The notes under the pieces: generated by a model | Database searches by the model: none | What the model was told of the DNA's origin: nothing | The model's input: the letters and a program-made list of their open reading frames with translations, nothing else | Shown here: piece after piece, positions 1 to 10,831 of the stretch | How positions within the stretch are numbered: the first letter of the stretch is position 1 | How the letters are laid out: each line of letters begins with the position of its first letter | Assembly: GCA_965238175.1 (NCBI GenBank) | Contig: CBDEGZ010000003.1 | Coordinates: 928,001 to 992,000 of the forward strand | Length of the DNA stretch: 64,000 nt | Reading direction: 5' to 3' | Source: Gammaproteobacteria bacterium | GTDB taxonomy: Bacteria; Pseudomonadota; Gammaproteobacteria; CAJXQU01 | Made by a program: the position numbers and the translations under genes

Positions 1-2829
1 AACGAACGGCAAGCGCAATACGAAATTGATCATTGTATTTATTGTCATGATCGTGATACCGATTCTTGTTCGAAAGGTATGCGTAATAAAAAAACAGAGA
101 TTTTCAAGGTCAATCCGCTTGGCGAAAATGTAACGGGTTGTCCGTTAGAAGAAAAGATTTCCGAGATGCATCTGGTGAAACAACAGGGCGATAATATTGG
201 CGCGCTTGCATTGATCGTCATCGATAATCCTATGTGTCCAGGTACGGGACACAGGATTTGTAATGATTGCATGCGTGGTTGTATCTATCAGAAAACCGAA
301 CCGGTGAATATTCCACAGATTGAAACCAGTGCGCTAACTGATGTTTTATTTATGCCGTGGGGTTTTGAGGTATACAGTTTATTAACACGTTGGAATCCAC
401 TCAATGTTAAACGTCCCCAAATGCTTCCGTATAACGGTAAAAATGTCATGGTTGTTGGTATGGGGCCAGCGGGTTATACGCTTTCACATTACCTTTTGAA
501 TGAAGGTTTTGGGGTGGTCGGCATTGATGGTTTGAAAATAGAACCATTACCCGAAGAGTTGACGGGAACGGCTGATCAAGCGCCAGTACCTATTCAGGAT
601 TTTAACCAGATATATGAAGATCTGGACAAGCGAACTATGCTGGGTTTTGGTGGTGTAGCGGAATACGGTATTACCGTCCGCTGGGATAAAAATTTCCTCA
701 AAGTTATCTATCTGAATTTGCTCAGGCAGCAGTCTTTCCGTTGTTACGGCGGTATTCGTTTTGGTGGCACATTGACGATTGATGATGCTTGGGATCTAGG
801 TTTTGATCATATAGCAATCGCGAGTGGTGCTGGTAAACCAACTGTTATTGGGTTGAAAAATAATTTGATCCGCGGTATCCGTAAAGCTTCTGATTTTCTT
901 ATGGCATTACAGCTTACCGGTGCTGCTAAAGAATCATCAATGGCGAACTTACAAGTACGTCTTCCAGCGGGGGTAATCGGTGGTGGATTAACCGGGATAG
1001 ATACGACGACAGAACTGATGGCCTATTATCCGGTACAGGTTGAGAAAGTCTTACATCGTTATGAAAAGTTAGTCGATATTTATGGAGAGAAAAAGGTTCG
1101 TGCGGGGTACGATGATGAAGAATTGATCATTCTCAACGAGTTTCTTGCACATGGGAAAGAGATCGCCGCTGAACGAACACGTGCCGAAGCCGTAAATGAA
1201 ACACCGGATTTTCAACCATTGGTTGAGAAATGGGGTGGGGCGACCATGTTCTATCGTAAAGGTATGGCGGATTCACCGGCGTATCGTCAAAATCACGAAG
1301 AGATTGCTGAAGCGTTGGACGAAGGAATTGAACTGGCTGAAGGAATGAGTCCGGTTGCTGCGCATGCGGATCAATATGATCATTTAAATGCTGTTACGTT
1401 TGATAAATTAGAGCAACAAGACGGTAAGTGGGTCAATACGGGTAGACAGGTTGATATACCACTCAAAAGTCTGTTTGTTGCGGCGGGCACTTCGCCAAAT
1501 ACGATCTATCAGGAAGAGTTTCCGGATACCTTTAAAATGGACTGGAAGTTTTATCAACGTCATGAACCACAATGGGTCAAAGACAATCCTGATTTGACGC
1601 CAATGGACGATGAGACAAATCCGAAGATAGGCAAACCGGCGCCGTTTACTTCATATCATAAACGCGGACGTTACATTACTTTTTATGGCGACAACCATCC
1701 CGTCTATGCCGGTAATGTTGTAAAAGCAATGGCCAGCGCAAAAGATGGATACTCTTATGTTGTGAAATTATTTGCGGATCAAATTTCAAATCTAGATCCT
1801 GCAGATCAGGCAGAACGAGATGAAAAGTTAACTGCTTTACAGAGTCGATTGGATGACGCGTTTGTTGCAACGGTTGTTGAAGTAAATAGATTAACGCCGA
1901 CGATTATAGAAGTGATCGTTAAAGCACCAATGCAGGCAGAAAAGTTTGAGCCTGGTCAATTTTATCGAGTACAAAATCTTGAAGTATTTGCCCCAGTGGT
2001 AGAAGGAACGGTTCTAGCAACAGAAGGTTTGGCTTTAACTGGTGCATGGGTTGATCGTGACAAAGGTTTGATCTCATTGATTACACTGGAAATGGGTAGT
2101 TCATCGAGACTTTGTGCATTATGGAAACCAGGCGAACAACTCGTTGTAATGGGCGTCACTGGTGCGCCGACGGAGATATCTGGCAACGAAACGGTTGTGC
2201 TTGTTGGTGGTGGTTTAGGAAATGCTGTATTGTTTTCCATTGGAAAAGCATTACGTGCAGCTGGCAATAAAGTGATCTATTTTGCTGGTTATAAATACAA
2301 TCAGGATGTTTTCAGGGTTGAGGATATTGAAGCCGCTTCAGATGTGATTATCTGGTCGGTGGATAAAGCGGAAGGTGTCGAAGCCATTCCAACAACACGA
2401 TCCCAAGATAAATCGTTTGTTGGGAATATTATCGAAGCGATGATCGCCTATGGTTCGGGTGAGCTAGGTGATAACCTCCTTTCATTGGAAGAAATGGATC
2501 GCATGATCGTAATTGGATCTGATCGCATGATGAGTGCGGTCAAAGATGCGCGTTCAGGCATACTCGCACCCTATATCAAACAGGATCATGAAGCTGTTGG
2601 TTCTATAAACTCACCGATGCAATGCATGATGAAGGGTGTATGTGCCCAATGTATGTGTAAACATGTTGATCCAGAAACGGGTGAAGAGAGCTTTGTGTAC
2701 TCTTGCTATAATCAGGATCAAGATCTAAATAAGGTTGATTTTGTTAATCTGAATGCGCGTTTGCGACAAAATTCTGTACAGGAAAAGCTTTCTAATCTTT
2801 GGTTAGATCACCTTTTTGAGAGTATGTAA
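1..2829 (+). CDS. FAD/NAD(P)-dependent Fe-S oxidoreductase, GltD/NfnB-like region fused to a C-terminal PyrK/NfnA-like region (5'-truncated by window edge)
   Basis: Frame is open from base 1 (NERQAQYEIDHCIYCHDRDTDSCSKGM...). Cys motifs CIYCH, GCP and ICNDCMRGC; Rossmann motifs VVGMGPAG and VIGGGLTGID; C-terminal LVGGGLG and MQCMMKGVCAQC 2Fe-2S motif. Confidence 0.8.
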   Translation, partial: NERQAQYEIDHCIYCHDRDTDSCSKGMRNKKTEIFKVNPLGENVTGCPLEEKISEMHLVKQQGDNIGALALIVIDNPMCPGTGHRICNDCMRGCIYQKTEPVNIPQIETSALTDVLFMPWGFEVYSLLTRWNPLNVKRPQMLPYNGKNVMVVGMGPAGYTLSHYLLNEGFGVVGIDGLKIEPLPEELTGTADQAPVPIQDFNQIYEDLDKRTMLGFGGVAEYGITVRWDKNFLKVIYLNLLRQQSFRCYGGIRFGGTLTIDDAWDLGFDHIAIASGAGKPTVIGLKNNLIRGIRKASDFLMALQLTGAAKESSMANLQVRLPAGVIGGGLTGIDTTTELMAYYPVQVEKVLHRYEKLVDIYGEKKVRAGYDDEELIILNEFLAHGKEIAAERTRAEAVNETPDFQPLVEKWGGATMFYRKGMADSPAYRQNHEEIAEALDEGIELAEGMSPVAAHADQYDHLNAVTFDKLEQQDGKWVNTGRQVDIPLKSLFVAAGTSPNTIYQEEFPDTFKMDWKFYQRHEPQWVKDNPDLTPMDDETNPKIGKPAPFTSYHKRGRYITFYGDNHPVYAGNVVKAMASAKDGYSYVVKLFADQISNLDPADQAERDEKLTALQSRLDDAFVATVVEVNRLTPTIIEVIVKAPMQAEKFEPGQFYRVQNLEVFAPVVEGTVLATEGLALTGAWVDRDKGLISLITLEMGSSSRLCALWKPGEQLVVMGVTGAPTEISGNETVVLVGGGLGNAVLFSIGKALRAAGNKVIYFAGYKYNQDVFRVEDIEAASDVIIWSVDKAEGVEAIPTTRSQDKSFVGNIIEAMIAYGSGELGDNLLSLEEMDRMIVIGSDRMMSAVKDARSGILAPYIKQDHEAVGSINSPMQCMMKGVCAQCMCKHVDPETGEESFVYSCYNQDQDLNKVDFVNLNARLRQNSVQEKLSNLWLDHLFESM

Positions 2830-2861
2830 CTACTGCTCCTTGTTATTGGGTTGGTTTTGTT

Positions 2862-3092
2862 TTAAACGCCAGCCCATTTCAGGACGAGTTTTACCAGTAG
2901 TATGATGTGTAATATGCTGAAAATAGTGACAACAATTCCGACAATAATAAATTGGTGTAGCTTGCCATATTTAAATTGACGTTCTCTTTTCTCTTCGCTT
3001 TGTATGCCGATAAACATTGCAAAAACACCTTGGAAAACTTCCCATAATGAGAGAGTTTCTTCCTCTTCTTTCTGGTCTTCAATATTGTTCAT
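2862..3092 (-). CDS. Small membrane protein, DUF2970-like
   Basis: SLWEVFQGVFAMFIGIQSEEKRERQF..G followed by one TM helix; a pattern typical of proteins near cox clusters. Confidence 0.7.
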   Translation of the reverse strand: MNNIEDQKEEEETLSLWEVFQGVFAMFIGIQSEEKRERQFKYGKLHQFIIVGIVVTIFSILHIILLVKLVLKWAGV

Positions 3093-3191
3093 TTAACATC
3101 GCTCACTTGTTATTCATTATAGATTTTTATAGCATTCTATTTCAGATTTATTCAGATCAAAATCAGTATTGGCCGTAATTTTGGTTAAGAA

Positions 3192-4412
3192 CTATTGACT
3201 AAGATTAAGCAGCTCTTCAGCAATTTGTTTTCTTAAATTATATTTGGCTGCTTGATTGATCATAATAACGAACGGTTCCCATTTGTTATTTTTTCTTAAA
3301 TATCCAGCGTAGGTGCTGACTCCATTTAAGGTCCCACTTTTGGCCAGAATATGATTATTTTGTTGGCTGAGTAATTGTTTGTAGGGAGCAAACTGTTTGA
3401 GAACGTCGATCAGTTGTCGAGCACTTAAACGATTGCCTCGAGAAAGCCCCGAACCTTCGAGGATAATTTGATCTTTCCAATTGAATAATGCGTAAATTTT
3501 TTGATCAATAGTAGAACGAGATTTTGCCATACTAGCAGGCGCACCTTTGGCTTCTACGCCAAGCAATAAAAATAATTGGTTGGCGATAAAGTTATTTGAA
3601 TATTTCAGCATTGCAGAAATTATCGTACTCAGGTCATGACTATTTTTGTGGCGATAATAAGGAGTTTGCGAATTGGGTAGTTTTTCTTCTTTTAATATAT
3701 CTCCAACTTCAATGTCAGATGCTTGTAATTTCATAGAGAATATTTGTGCGAAGTTGAGTGAACTGTATTCTTGTTTACCCAGATTAATTCGATGTTTCCC
3801 CTTTGGTAATTTGCCGGATAGATATTTCATTAAAGGTGTCAGGGGAGTTTGTGATTCTGCACTTCGCAGGCCATTTTCATCACGAATAACATTGAAGGTA
3901 TTAAAGTTTGCTGCAAGCGCACTTAAAGAAGCATCATACGGATTATCAGTTTGAGATTGTCCATCCACCTTTATATCATCTGAAAAATAGTTGTCATCAA
4001 TTCCGATCCCGGCGATTTTTTTTAAACCTTTCTTTTTCAAAGCAGTAACGATCAGATTTAATTCTTCCGAGATCAAAAATGGATCACCATAGCCCTTAAG
4101 CCATAAAATATTATTTTTATCTAAATAAAAATCGGTAATGAATTTATGATCTGATCCCCATGTTTGGAGTGCGAACAAAGCGGTTAACAGTTTTAAGGTC
4201 GACGCTGGAATAAGTGGAAGCTCGGGTCGTATGGCTTTGTCTGGATTGTCAGCAGATCCTGTGATCAAGCTTGCTTGATCCATATTCAGGATTTGTTCTA
4301 AGCCTTGTGTATTAGAACTTTCTTTACAATCGCCATAAGCAGAAAAGGCGAGAAGGATGAAGCATAAAAGAAGTAAACGCCAGCTGTCGGTCGTGGATCC
4401 AACAACTGGCAT
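3192..4412 (-). CDS. dacB: D-alanyl-D-alanine carboxypeptidase/endopeptidase (peptidase S13, PBP4)
   Basis: PASTLK (SxxK), YSNN (SxN), GSGLSR and KSGTL (KTG-like) motifs; signal peptide. Confidence 0.88.
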   Translation of the reverse strand: MPVVGSTTDSWRLLLLCFILLAFSAYGDCKESSNTQGLEQILNMDQASLITGSADNPDKAIRPELPLIPASTLKLLTALFALQTWGSDHKFITDFYLDKNNILWLKGYGDPFLISEELNLIVTALKKKGLKKIAGIGIDDNYFSDDIKVDGQSQTDNPYDASLSALAANFNTFNVIRDENGLRSAESQTPLTPLMKYLSGKLPKGKHRINLGKQEYSSLNFAQIFSMKLQASDIEVGDILKEEKLPNSQTPYYRHKNSHDLSTIISAMLKYSNNFIANQLFLLLGVEAKGAPASMAKSRSTIDQKIYALFNWKDQIILEGSGLSRGNRLSARQLIDVLKQFAPYKQLLSQQNNHILAKSGTLNGVSTYAGYLRKNNKWEPFVIMINQAAKYNLRKQIAEELLNLSQ

Positions 4413-4442
4413 AAGATTTATTTTGATAGTTTGGGTTGAGAG

Positions 4443-4625
4443 TTAACTAAACAATTCTTTTATTGTTGTAACGATAATATCGGATGATTGACCTATGTTT
4501 AATGGAGCGGTTGTGTTGCTCCCATATTTGCCACCCAGAAAGTAGAAAACAACCATTAAAATTGTGATAGCAATAACTACAAGGGTAAACAGGGTGAAAA
4601 ACTTCTTATCGCTTTCTTTACTCAT
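4443..4625 (-). CDS. Small single-TM hypothetical protein
   Basis: 60-aa ORF with an AGAGGA RBS and a hydrophobic helix. Confidence 0.55.
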   Translation of the reverse strand: MSKESDKKFFTLFTLVVIAITILMVVFYFLGGKYGSNTTAPLNIGQSSDIIVTTIKELFS

Positions 4626-4721
4626 GACGGATTATCCTCTTTTAGATATTTACTGTTGTTACTGATTTTTATTATATTTAATAGATTAATTTTTATTTGT
4701 TCTGGCAATTATACTCTGACA

Positions 4722-5642
4722 CTAGTCAAAAAACATTCCAAGGTCTAGTTTGATGTAATGATCAATTAACAATGCTGCGAAGATTACCGTCAAATAAATG
4801 AGTGAATATTTGAAGGTTTCCATTGCTAACTTATCGGAGTCTGACGAATATAATCTGATCGCATAACGCAAAAAGATAACGCCTGTTATAACGGCAGTAA
4901 TCAAATACAGTAAGCCACTCATGTAGGTGAGGTAAGGCAGTAGACTTACGATGAATAATAAAATCGTATAAAGCAATATGTGCAGCCGTGTGAATTCAAC
5001 ACCATGTGTTACAGGCAGCATGGGGATATCAACTTTTGCGTATTCTTTTCTACGATAAATTGCCAGAGCCCAAAAGTGCGGTGGCGTCCAGGCAAAAATG
5101 ATCAGAAAAAGTAGTAAGGAATTAGGATCCAGTGTTCCAGTAACGGCTGTCCAACCTAGTACTGGCGGTGCAGCACCGGCTGCGCCACCAATGACGATAT
5201 TCATCGGCGTTGCGCGCTTCAAGTACATTGAATATATAATGCCGTAGCCTATTAATGAAATGAGCGTTAAAATTGCGGTGAGAGGGTTGACTAGAAAGGT
5301 CAAAATTAACATGGCTATTGCGCCGATGATGGCAGCAAAGATGATCGCGTTCTGAGGTGACATATTTCCTTCTGGTAATGGGCGACGCTTAGTTCTCGCC
5401 ATTTCGGAATCTATTTTTTCGTCAACCACATGGTTGATTGCAGCGGCAGAAGCCGATGCTAAACCTATTCCGATTATGCCAAAGATGAGCGGTTGCCAAG
5501 GCACCATGCCTGGTACAGCAAGAAACATCCCGACAATTGCGGTGAATACGATCAGCGCTACAACTTTTAATTTACATAGGCCGAGATAATCTTTCAGTGA
5601 AGGTGTCGAGGAAACGATCGGCGTATTAATGGATTGACTCAT
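4722..5642 (-). CDS. cyoE: Heme o synthase (protoheme IX farnesyltransferase)
   Basis: DEKIDSEMARTKRRPLP, YSMYLKR and WTPPHFWALA motifs. Confidence 0.95.
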   Translation of the reverse strand: MSQSINTPIVSSTPSLKDYLGLCKLKVVALIVFTAIVGMFLAVPGMVPWQPLIFGIIGIGLASASAAAINHVVDEKIDSEMARTKRRPLPEGNMSPQNAIIFAAIIGAIAMLILTFLVNPLTAILTLISLIGYGIIYSMYLKRATPMNIVIGGAAGAAPPVLGWTAVTGTLDPNSLLLFLIIFAWTPPHFWALAIYRRKEYAKVDIPMLPVTHGVEFTRLHILLYTILLFIVSLLPYLTYMSGLLYLITAVITGVIFLRYAIRLYSSDSDKLAMETFKYSLIYLTVIFAALLIDHYIKLDLGMFFD

Positions 5643-5978
5643 ATCTATTATATTATCTTAATGATTATGTGGTTAGATTTGATCCGGACGCTGAGCTATA
5701 TGACCGTTTACGGCGCTAAGCAACTTATTTGAGCGTCCTTACTCACTGGTTTTTATTAGTTAGGCATAGACTATATCAGCAACTTATTCTTTGCTTCAAG
5801 GTTTTCGTTATGGTAAAGGAGCCTCTAATGTGTCATGAATGATCGGTTTGGATCAAAATAGTCAATCTCACTCAGCGTTACAAAACTGAGCAATAGAACC
5901 ACTATTGCTTGCATTTCGCGTCTTGAGTTTGAATATTTTGATTCTTAACCTGTTTTGCCCAGACGTATCAGAGATTCC

Positions 5979-6590
5979 TTAGATCCTTGAAACACGGAAT
6001 ATCTTAGTTAGATCCTTGATAATATCTCCTGGATTTTGATCAACTGAATAGCTCATCATCAAGTTTCCGAGTGGATCAATTATGTATAGTCTTCCACTGT
6101 CGTAGGGATCTTCGGCTTCGTCAATTTTAAATGCATTTATAAATTCAGCAGAAACATTATCCGCTTTGATGATCAGCTGACCTTGAAAATCTTTTAATGA
6201 CTCCTTCATTTTTACAGTATCGGTAATTTCTTTTACAACTAAAACCCGTTTAACCCGATCATAATGCTTACCTATTGCTAAGCGTATTTGACGCATGCGA
6301 TAGACATTGCTGATACATTTTTCGTCACAGTCTGTCTTTGTGAAAGTTAACAGACTCCAGCGTTTGTGCAGCTTTATTTCTTCTTCAGGCTTATGTGGGT
6401 CAAGTAAATCAACATTTTCGAGTGTTATCACTGGCTGGATCAATTGGCCCTTGCTTGCTGCGCCGCCATCACGTCCTAGATCGGTATATTTGTAGAGTAT
6501 TTGTGATCCGATAAATGGCGTGAGGAAGATGACAAAGAGAAGGATCAGTGTCAGCCTGGATTTAAGTTTTTGCGATTTTTCAGTCGTCAT
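5979..6590 (-). CDS. Cytochrome oxidase-associated membrane-anchored thioredoxin/SCO-like protein
   Basis: N-terminal TM, CDEKC (CxxxC), IIDPLGNLMMSY; sits directly after SURF1. Confidence 0.75.
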   Translation of the reverse strand: MTTEKSQKLKSRLTLILLFVIFLTPFIGSQILYKYTDLGRDGGAASKGQLIQPVITLENVDLLDPHKPEEEIKLHKRWSLLTFTKTDCDEKCISNVYRMRQIRLAIGKHYDRVKRVLVVKEITDTVKMKESLKDFQGQLIIKADNVSAEFINAFKIDEAEDPYDSGRLYIIDPLGNLMMSYSVDQNPGDIIKDLTKIFRVSRI

Positions 6591-7350
6591 TGCGTCCCTT
6601 TTTTATATTTATTGTAAGATAAATGATGATAAGTGCAGCGGTCATTGCAAACCATTGGAAGGCATAACCGTAATGTTTTTCAGCGCCAAAACCGGGTAAG
6701 ACCCAGTCTCGGAGATAACCTTGAGGACTTTCTTTGTCGAGTCTTACTATGTAGGGCAAGAGATTCTGTCCAGTGGTTGATGCCACATTTTTAATATCAA
6801 TTTGTTGGACTCTTGAGATACCATTCTCCAGGTTTTCTACTAGATCGTCGCTGAGTTTAATACCCGAAAAAGGTGTTTTCTTGGCAGCACCTGAGATTGT
6901 GATCAGTTCAGTAGAAAGATCGTCAATTTTGGGCAGAATACGTCGATCGGGATCCGCCGGGATCCAACCTCGGTTGACCAAAATATGTGTGGGCTCATTC
7001 TCAAGTTTAAACGGTGTAAATACGAGGTAACCTGTCTTGAAGTTCATCGGCTGATTATCAAGCAAAAACTGGTGCTCAGCCTCGAAAGTTCCACGGACGA
7101 TGACTTTCTTCCATTGCATAAGAGTTGGATCGAGTCGATCTGAGGATTTTTCATTAAGATCAAAAGGCACACCGTAATAATTAGTTTCGAAATCTTTCTT
7201 TACTTGTTCTTTTTCTGCAGCTCTATCTAATTGCCAATTGCCCAATGAAAGTAACAGCGGAAGGCACAACAGTGTAGCGAGGCTGGGCCATAAAGATGGC
7301 TGAAAATTCCAGATTCCAATTTGCATTCTAATAGTGTGGCCGGCTACCAA
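6580..7350 (-). CDS. SURF1 family cytochrome oxidase biogenesis protein (true start may be a few codons downstream)
   Basis: LGNWQLDRA, LVNRGW and HYGYAFQWF motifs. Confidence 0.92.
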   Translation of the reverse strand: MVAGHTIRMQIGIWNFQPSLWPSLATLLCLPLLLSLGNWQLDRAAEKEQVKKDFETNYYGVPFDLNEKSSDRLDPTLMQWKKVIVRGTFEAEHQFLLDNQPMNFKTGYLVFTPFKLENEPTHILVNRGWIPADPDRRILPKIDDLSTELITISGAAKKTPFSGIKLSDDLVENLENGISRVQQIDIKNVASTTGQNLLPYIVRLDKESPQGYLRDWVLPGFGAEKHYGYAFQWFAMTAALIIIYLTINIKKGRNDD

Positions 7351-7424
7351 TTAAATGATCGTAATGTTATGGTCGCGATAATACCTCAAATTGAAACCAA
7401 TGTGCTCTTGGAGCCCAATTAGAT

Positions 7425-7694
7425 ATGTCGATAAGCGAAATTTACAAACTTATTATTTTGATCGTTTTTATTGGCATATTGCTTTCTCTTGCTTCAAGTG
7501 CTTTCTTTTTAACTAAGGAACAAGGCAAGGCCAACAGGATGGTCCAGTCATTGACGGTGAGAGTTATACTCTCTGTGACACTTTTTTGTATGTTGATTTT
7601 TGGATATTTCACCGGTTTGCTTAAGCCACATGGTTTAATGTTACCAGCAAAAAAATCTCTGCAAGAGCATGTGCAAGATTACAACTCGCAATAA
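7425..7694 (+). CDS. Twin transmembrane helix small protein (DUF2909/HIG1-like)
   Basis: Two TM helices, SLTVRVILS..G.LKPHG pattern, cox cluster context. Confidence 0.8.
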   Translation: MSISEIYKLIILIVFIGILLSLASSAFFLTKEQGKANRMVQSLTVRVILSVTLFCMLIFGYFTGLLKPHGLMLPAKKSLQEHVQDYNSQ

Positions 7695-7790
7695 TACCTA
7701 TTAGGTTCAACTAGAGACCTCTGGTTTTTGGTGAAATATGTTGAGAATAAATATCGAGAGATTAATTAGTTAGTAGAAGACAGAGGCTTT

Positions 7791-7838
7791 ATTGCATATG
7801 TGCAATATTAAACAAAGCAATTTCTTGCTTTGTTTAAT
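7791..7838. promoter_or_regulatory. Adjacent palindromes upstream of coxB (operator or terminator)
   Basis: ATTGCA-TATG-TGCAAT (7791-7806) and a perfect 14-bp inverted repeat ATTAAACAAAGCAA-TTTC-TTGCTTTGTTTAAT (7807-7838). Confidence 0.4.
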
Positions 7839-8006
7839 CTACTTTTTTAGGTAGTATTGCGTTCTTACAATAATAACCACGTTAATCAAGTGGTAATGTT
7901 TAAAGATGGCAAATTGTCGAGGGGCATAGTTGTTGTTGAATATCACATATAAAATCAATAATTCAAGAATTCATATATTAAATAATCTGGTGTTGAGGGA
8001 AGTTTT

Positions 8007-9161
8007 ATGACTAAGCCGCTAATTTCTATGCTGCGAACTTTTTATCTGATCGTTGTTTCATCATTAACTTCCATGCTTTTAGTAAGTCCTGCTCGGGCTG
8101 ACTGGGCACTGAATCTGACTCAAGGTGTTACACCTATTAGTCATCAGGTTTATGACCTGCATATGCAAATTTTATGGATAGTGACCATTGTCGGCATTGT
8201 TGTTTTTGCAGTGATGTTCTGGTCAATATTCATGCACCGTAAGGATAAGGGTGTCGTTCCTGCAACATTCCATCACAGCACATCATTGGAGCTGTTGTGG
8301 ACTGCCATTCCTATCGCTATTTTGGTTGTCATCGCAATACCTGCAACCAAAACATTAATTGCAATGGAAACTACAGCTGATGCTGATATCACGATTAAAG
8401 TGACAGGCTATCAATGGAAGTGGAAATATGACTATATGGGAGAGGATCTGAGTTTCTTCAGCTCATTAGATGCGGAGAGTCGTGCTATTGCAGACAATAA
8501 TAGTGATAACGCTCCAGAAGATATCGAGCATTATCTACTAGACGTTGATAACCCAATTGTTTTACCAATCAAAACGAAAATCAGGATTCTTACAACCGCT
8601 GCTGATGTAATACATGCATGGTGGGTGCCGGCTTTAGGTTGGAAACGTGATGCTATTCCAGGATTTATAAATGATAACTGGACATATATTGAAGAGCCTG
8701 GTGTATATCGAGGACAGTGTGCAGAATTGTGTGGTAAAGATCACGGATATATGCCGATTGTTGTCAGGGCAGTGCCTGAAGCGGAATACGATGCCTGGAT
8801 TACAGAAACGAAGCAGAAAATAGCCAAAGCATCTTCTGGCGCAGATCGAGAGTGGACGATGGACGAGTTAATGGCCAGAGGTGAAGAAGTTTATGGAGCG
8901 AATTGCGCTGCTTGTCACCAGGCTAATGGTAAGGGCCTTCCGGGTGCATTTCCTGCGATAGATGGAAGTGCCATCGCAATAGGCGCTGTGGCGGATCACA
9001 TTGATATTGTTATGAATGGTAAAGCTGGTACAGCAATGGCGGCTTATGGCCCGCAATTGAATGATATAGATATTGCCGCAGTTGTGACCTACGAAAGAAA
9101 TGCATGGGGCAATAAGGCAGGTGATCTGGTACAGCCTTCGGCAATTAAAGATGCTCGGTAG
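8007..9161 (+). CDS. coxB: Cytochrome c oxidase subunit II with fused C-terminal cytochrome c
   Basis: GYQWKWKY, DVIHAWW, CuA motif CAELCGKDHGYM, heme c motif CAACH. Confidence 0.96.
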   Translation: MTKPLISMLRTFYLIVVSSLTSMLLVSPARADWALNLTQGVTPISHQVYDLHMQILWIVTIVGIVVFAVMFWSIFMHRKDKGVVPATFHHSTSLELLWTAIPIAILVVIAIPATKTLIAMETTADADITIKVTGYQWKWKYDYMGEDLSFFSSLDAESRAIADNNSDNAPEDIEHYLLDVDNPIVLPIKTKIRILTTAADVIHAWWVPALGWKRDAIPGFINDNWTYIEEPGVYRGQCAELCGKDHGYMPIVVRAVPEAEYDAWITETKQKIAKASSGADREWTMDELMARGEEVYGANCAACHQANGKGLPGAFPAIDGSAIAIGAVADHIDIVMNGKAGTAMAAYGPQLNDIDIAAVVTYERNAWGNKAGDLVQPSAIKDAR

Positions 9162-9224
9162 CTAGTAAATAACTTAAGGTCTGAAAGTTACTAATAGTAA
9201 AAAATTTATTTAGAGGATATAACG

Positions 9225-10820
9225 ATGAGTGAAGCAGTAGCCCACCACGACGATCATCATGATCATAAACCAACAGGTATTGGTCGTTGGTTGTTTTCTA
9301 CAAATCATAAAGATATAGGTACTATGTACCTGTTGTTTGCACTACTGATGTTTTTTATTGGTGGTGCGATGGCAATGGTTATCCGTGCTGAGCTTTTCCA
9401 GCCCGGTCTTCAGTTTGTTAATCCTCAATTTTTTAACTCAATGACCACAATTCATGCTCTGGTAATGATATTTGGTGCGGTTATGCCAGCGGGTGTTGGT
9501 TTAGCAAACTGGTTGATCCCTCTGATGATTGGTGCACCTGACATGGCGCTTCCAAGGATGAACAATATGAGTTTTTGGATACTGCCTTTTGGTTTTACTC
9601 TATTGCTGTCAACCTTCTTCATGGATGGTGGTGCTCCTGCAGGTGGTTGGACAATGTATCCTCCATTAGTTTTGCAAACAGGTAACGCGTTTCCATTTTT
9701 GATCTTTACTGTTCATATTCTTGGTGTCTCATCAATCATGGGGGCAATTAATATTATTGCTACGGTGTTCAATATGCGTGCGCCTGGCATGACATTTATG
9801 AGATTGCCTCTTTTTGTCTGGACTTGGATCATTACAGCATTTTTGTTAATTGCTTCTTTACCAGTATTTGCTGGGGCAGTTACCATGCTGTTGACCGATA
9901 AATATTTTGGTACAAGTTTCTTTGCTGCTGCCGGTGGTGGTGATCCGGTAATGTTCCAGCATTTATTCTGGTTCTTCGGTCATCCAGAAGTATATATTTT
10001 GATATTGCCAGCATTCGGTATTGTGTCACAGATCATTCCAACGTTTGCACGTAAACCATTATTTGGATACGCATCAATGGTTTATGCAACGGCAGCCATT
10101 GCATTTTTATCATTTTTTGTTTGGGCACATCACATGTTTACAGTCGGCATGCCACTTGCTGGTGAGTTGTTCTTTATGTATGCAACCATGACGATAGCGG
10201 TGCCGACAGGCGTGAAGATATTTAACTGGGTGGCGACGATGTGGAGAGGGTCGATGACCTTTGAAACACCGATGTTGTTCTCTCTAGCCTTTGTTATTCT
10301 TTTCTCTATAGGTGGCTTTACGGGCTTGATGATGTCGGTTACACCCGTTGATTTTCAATACCATGACACCTATTTTATTGTAGCCCATTTCCATTATGTT
10401 CTAGTAACCGGTGCTGTTTTTGCGCTGATGGCAGCTGCGTATTACTGGTTACCTAAATGGACTGGTTATATGTACGACGAAAAGTTAGGGAAACTACATT
10501 TCTGGATTTCTACGATAACGGTAAATATCTTATTTTTCCCACAGCATTTCTTGGGATTAGCAGGTATGCCTAGACGAATTCCAGACTATGCAGTTCAGTT
10601 TGCTGATTGGAACATGGTGTCTAGTCTTGGTGGGTTTGCTTTCGGTCTGAGCCAATTGATATTTGTTGTGGTTGTATTCAAATGTATTCGTGGTGGTGAG
10701 AAAGCAACGGATCAAGTATGGGAAGGAGCTCATGGATTGGAGTGGACATTATCTTCACCACCACCTTTCCATTCGTTTACTGTACCTCCTAAGGTTACAG
10801 AAGAAACGGCTCATTCATAA
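9225..10820 (+). CDS. ctaD: Cytochrome c oxidase subunit I (A1 type)
   Basis: STNHKDIG, WFFGHPEVY, WAHHMF, AHFHY and GMPRR motifs. Confidence 0.98.
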   Translation: MSEAVAHHDDHHDHKPTGIGRWLFSTNHKDIGTMYLLFALLMFFIGGAMAMVIRAELFQPGLQFVNPQFFNSMTTIHALVMIFGAVMPAGVGLANWLIPLMIGAPDMALPRMNNMSFWILPFGFTLLLSTFFMDGGAPAGGWTMYPPLVLQTGNAFPFLIFTVHILGVSSIMGAINIIATVFNMRAPGMTFMRLPLFVWTWIITAFLLIASLPVFAGAVTMLLTDKYFGTSFFAAAGGGDPVMFQHLFWFFGHPEVYILILPAFGIVSQIIPTFARKPLFGYASMVYATAAIAFLSFFVWAHHMFTVGMPLAGELFFMYATMTIAVPTGVKIFNWVATMWRGSMTFETPMLFSLAFVILFSIGGFTGLMMSVTPVDFQYHDTYFIVAHFHYVLVTGAVFALMAAAYYWLPKWTGYMYDEKLGKLHFWISTITVNILFFPQHFLGLAGMPRRIPDYAVQFADWNMVSSLGGFAFGLSQLIFVVVVFKCIRGGEKATDQVWEGAHGLEWTLSSPPPFHSFTVPPKVTEETAHS

Positions 10821-10831
10821 GAGAACTTCTA

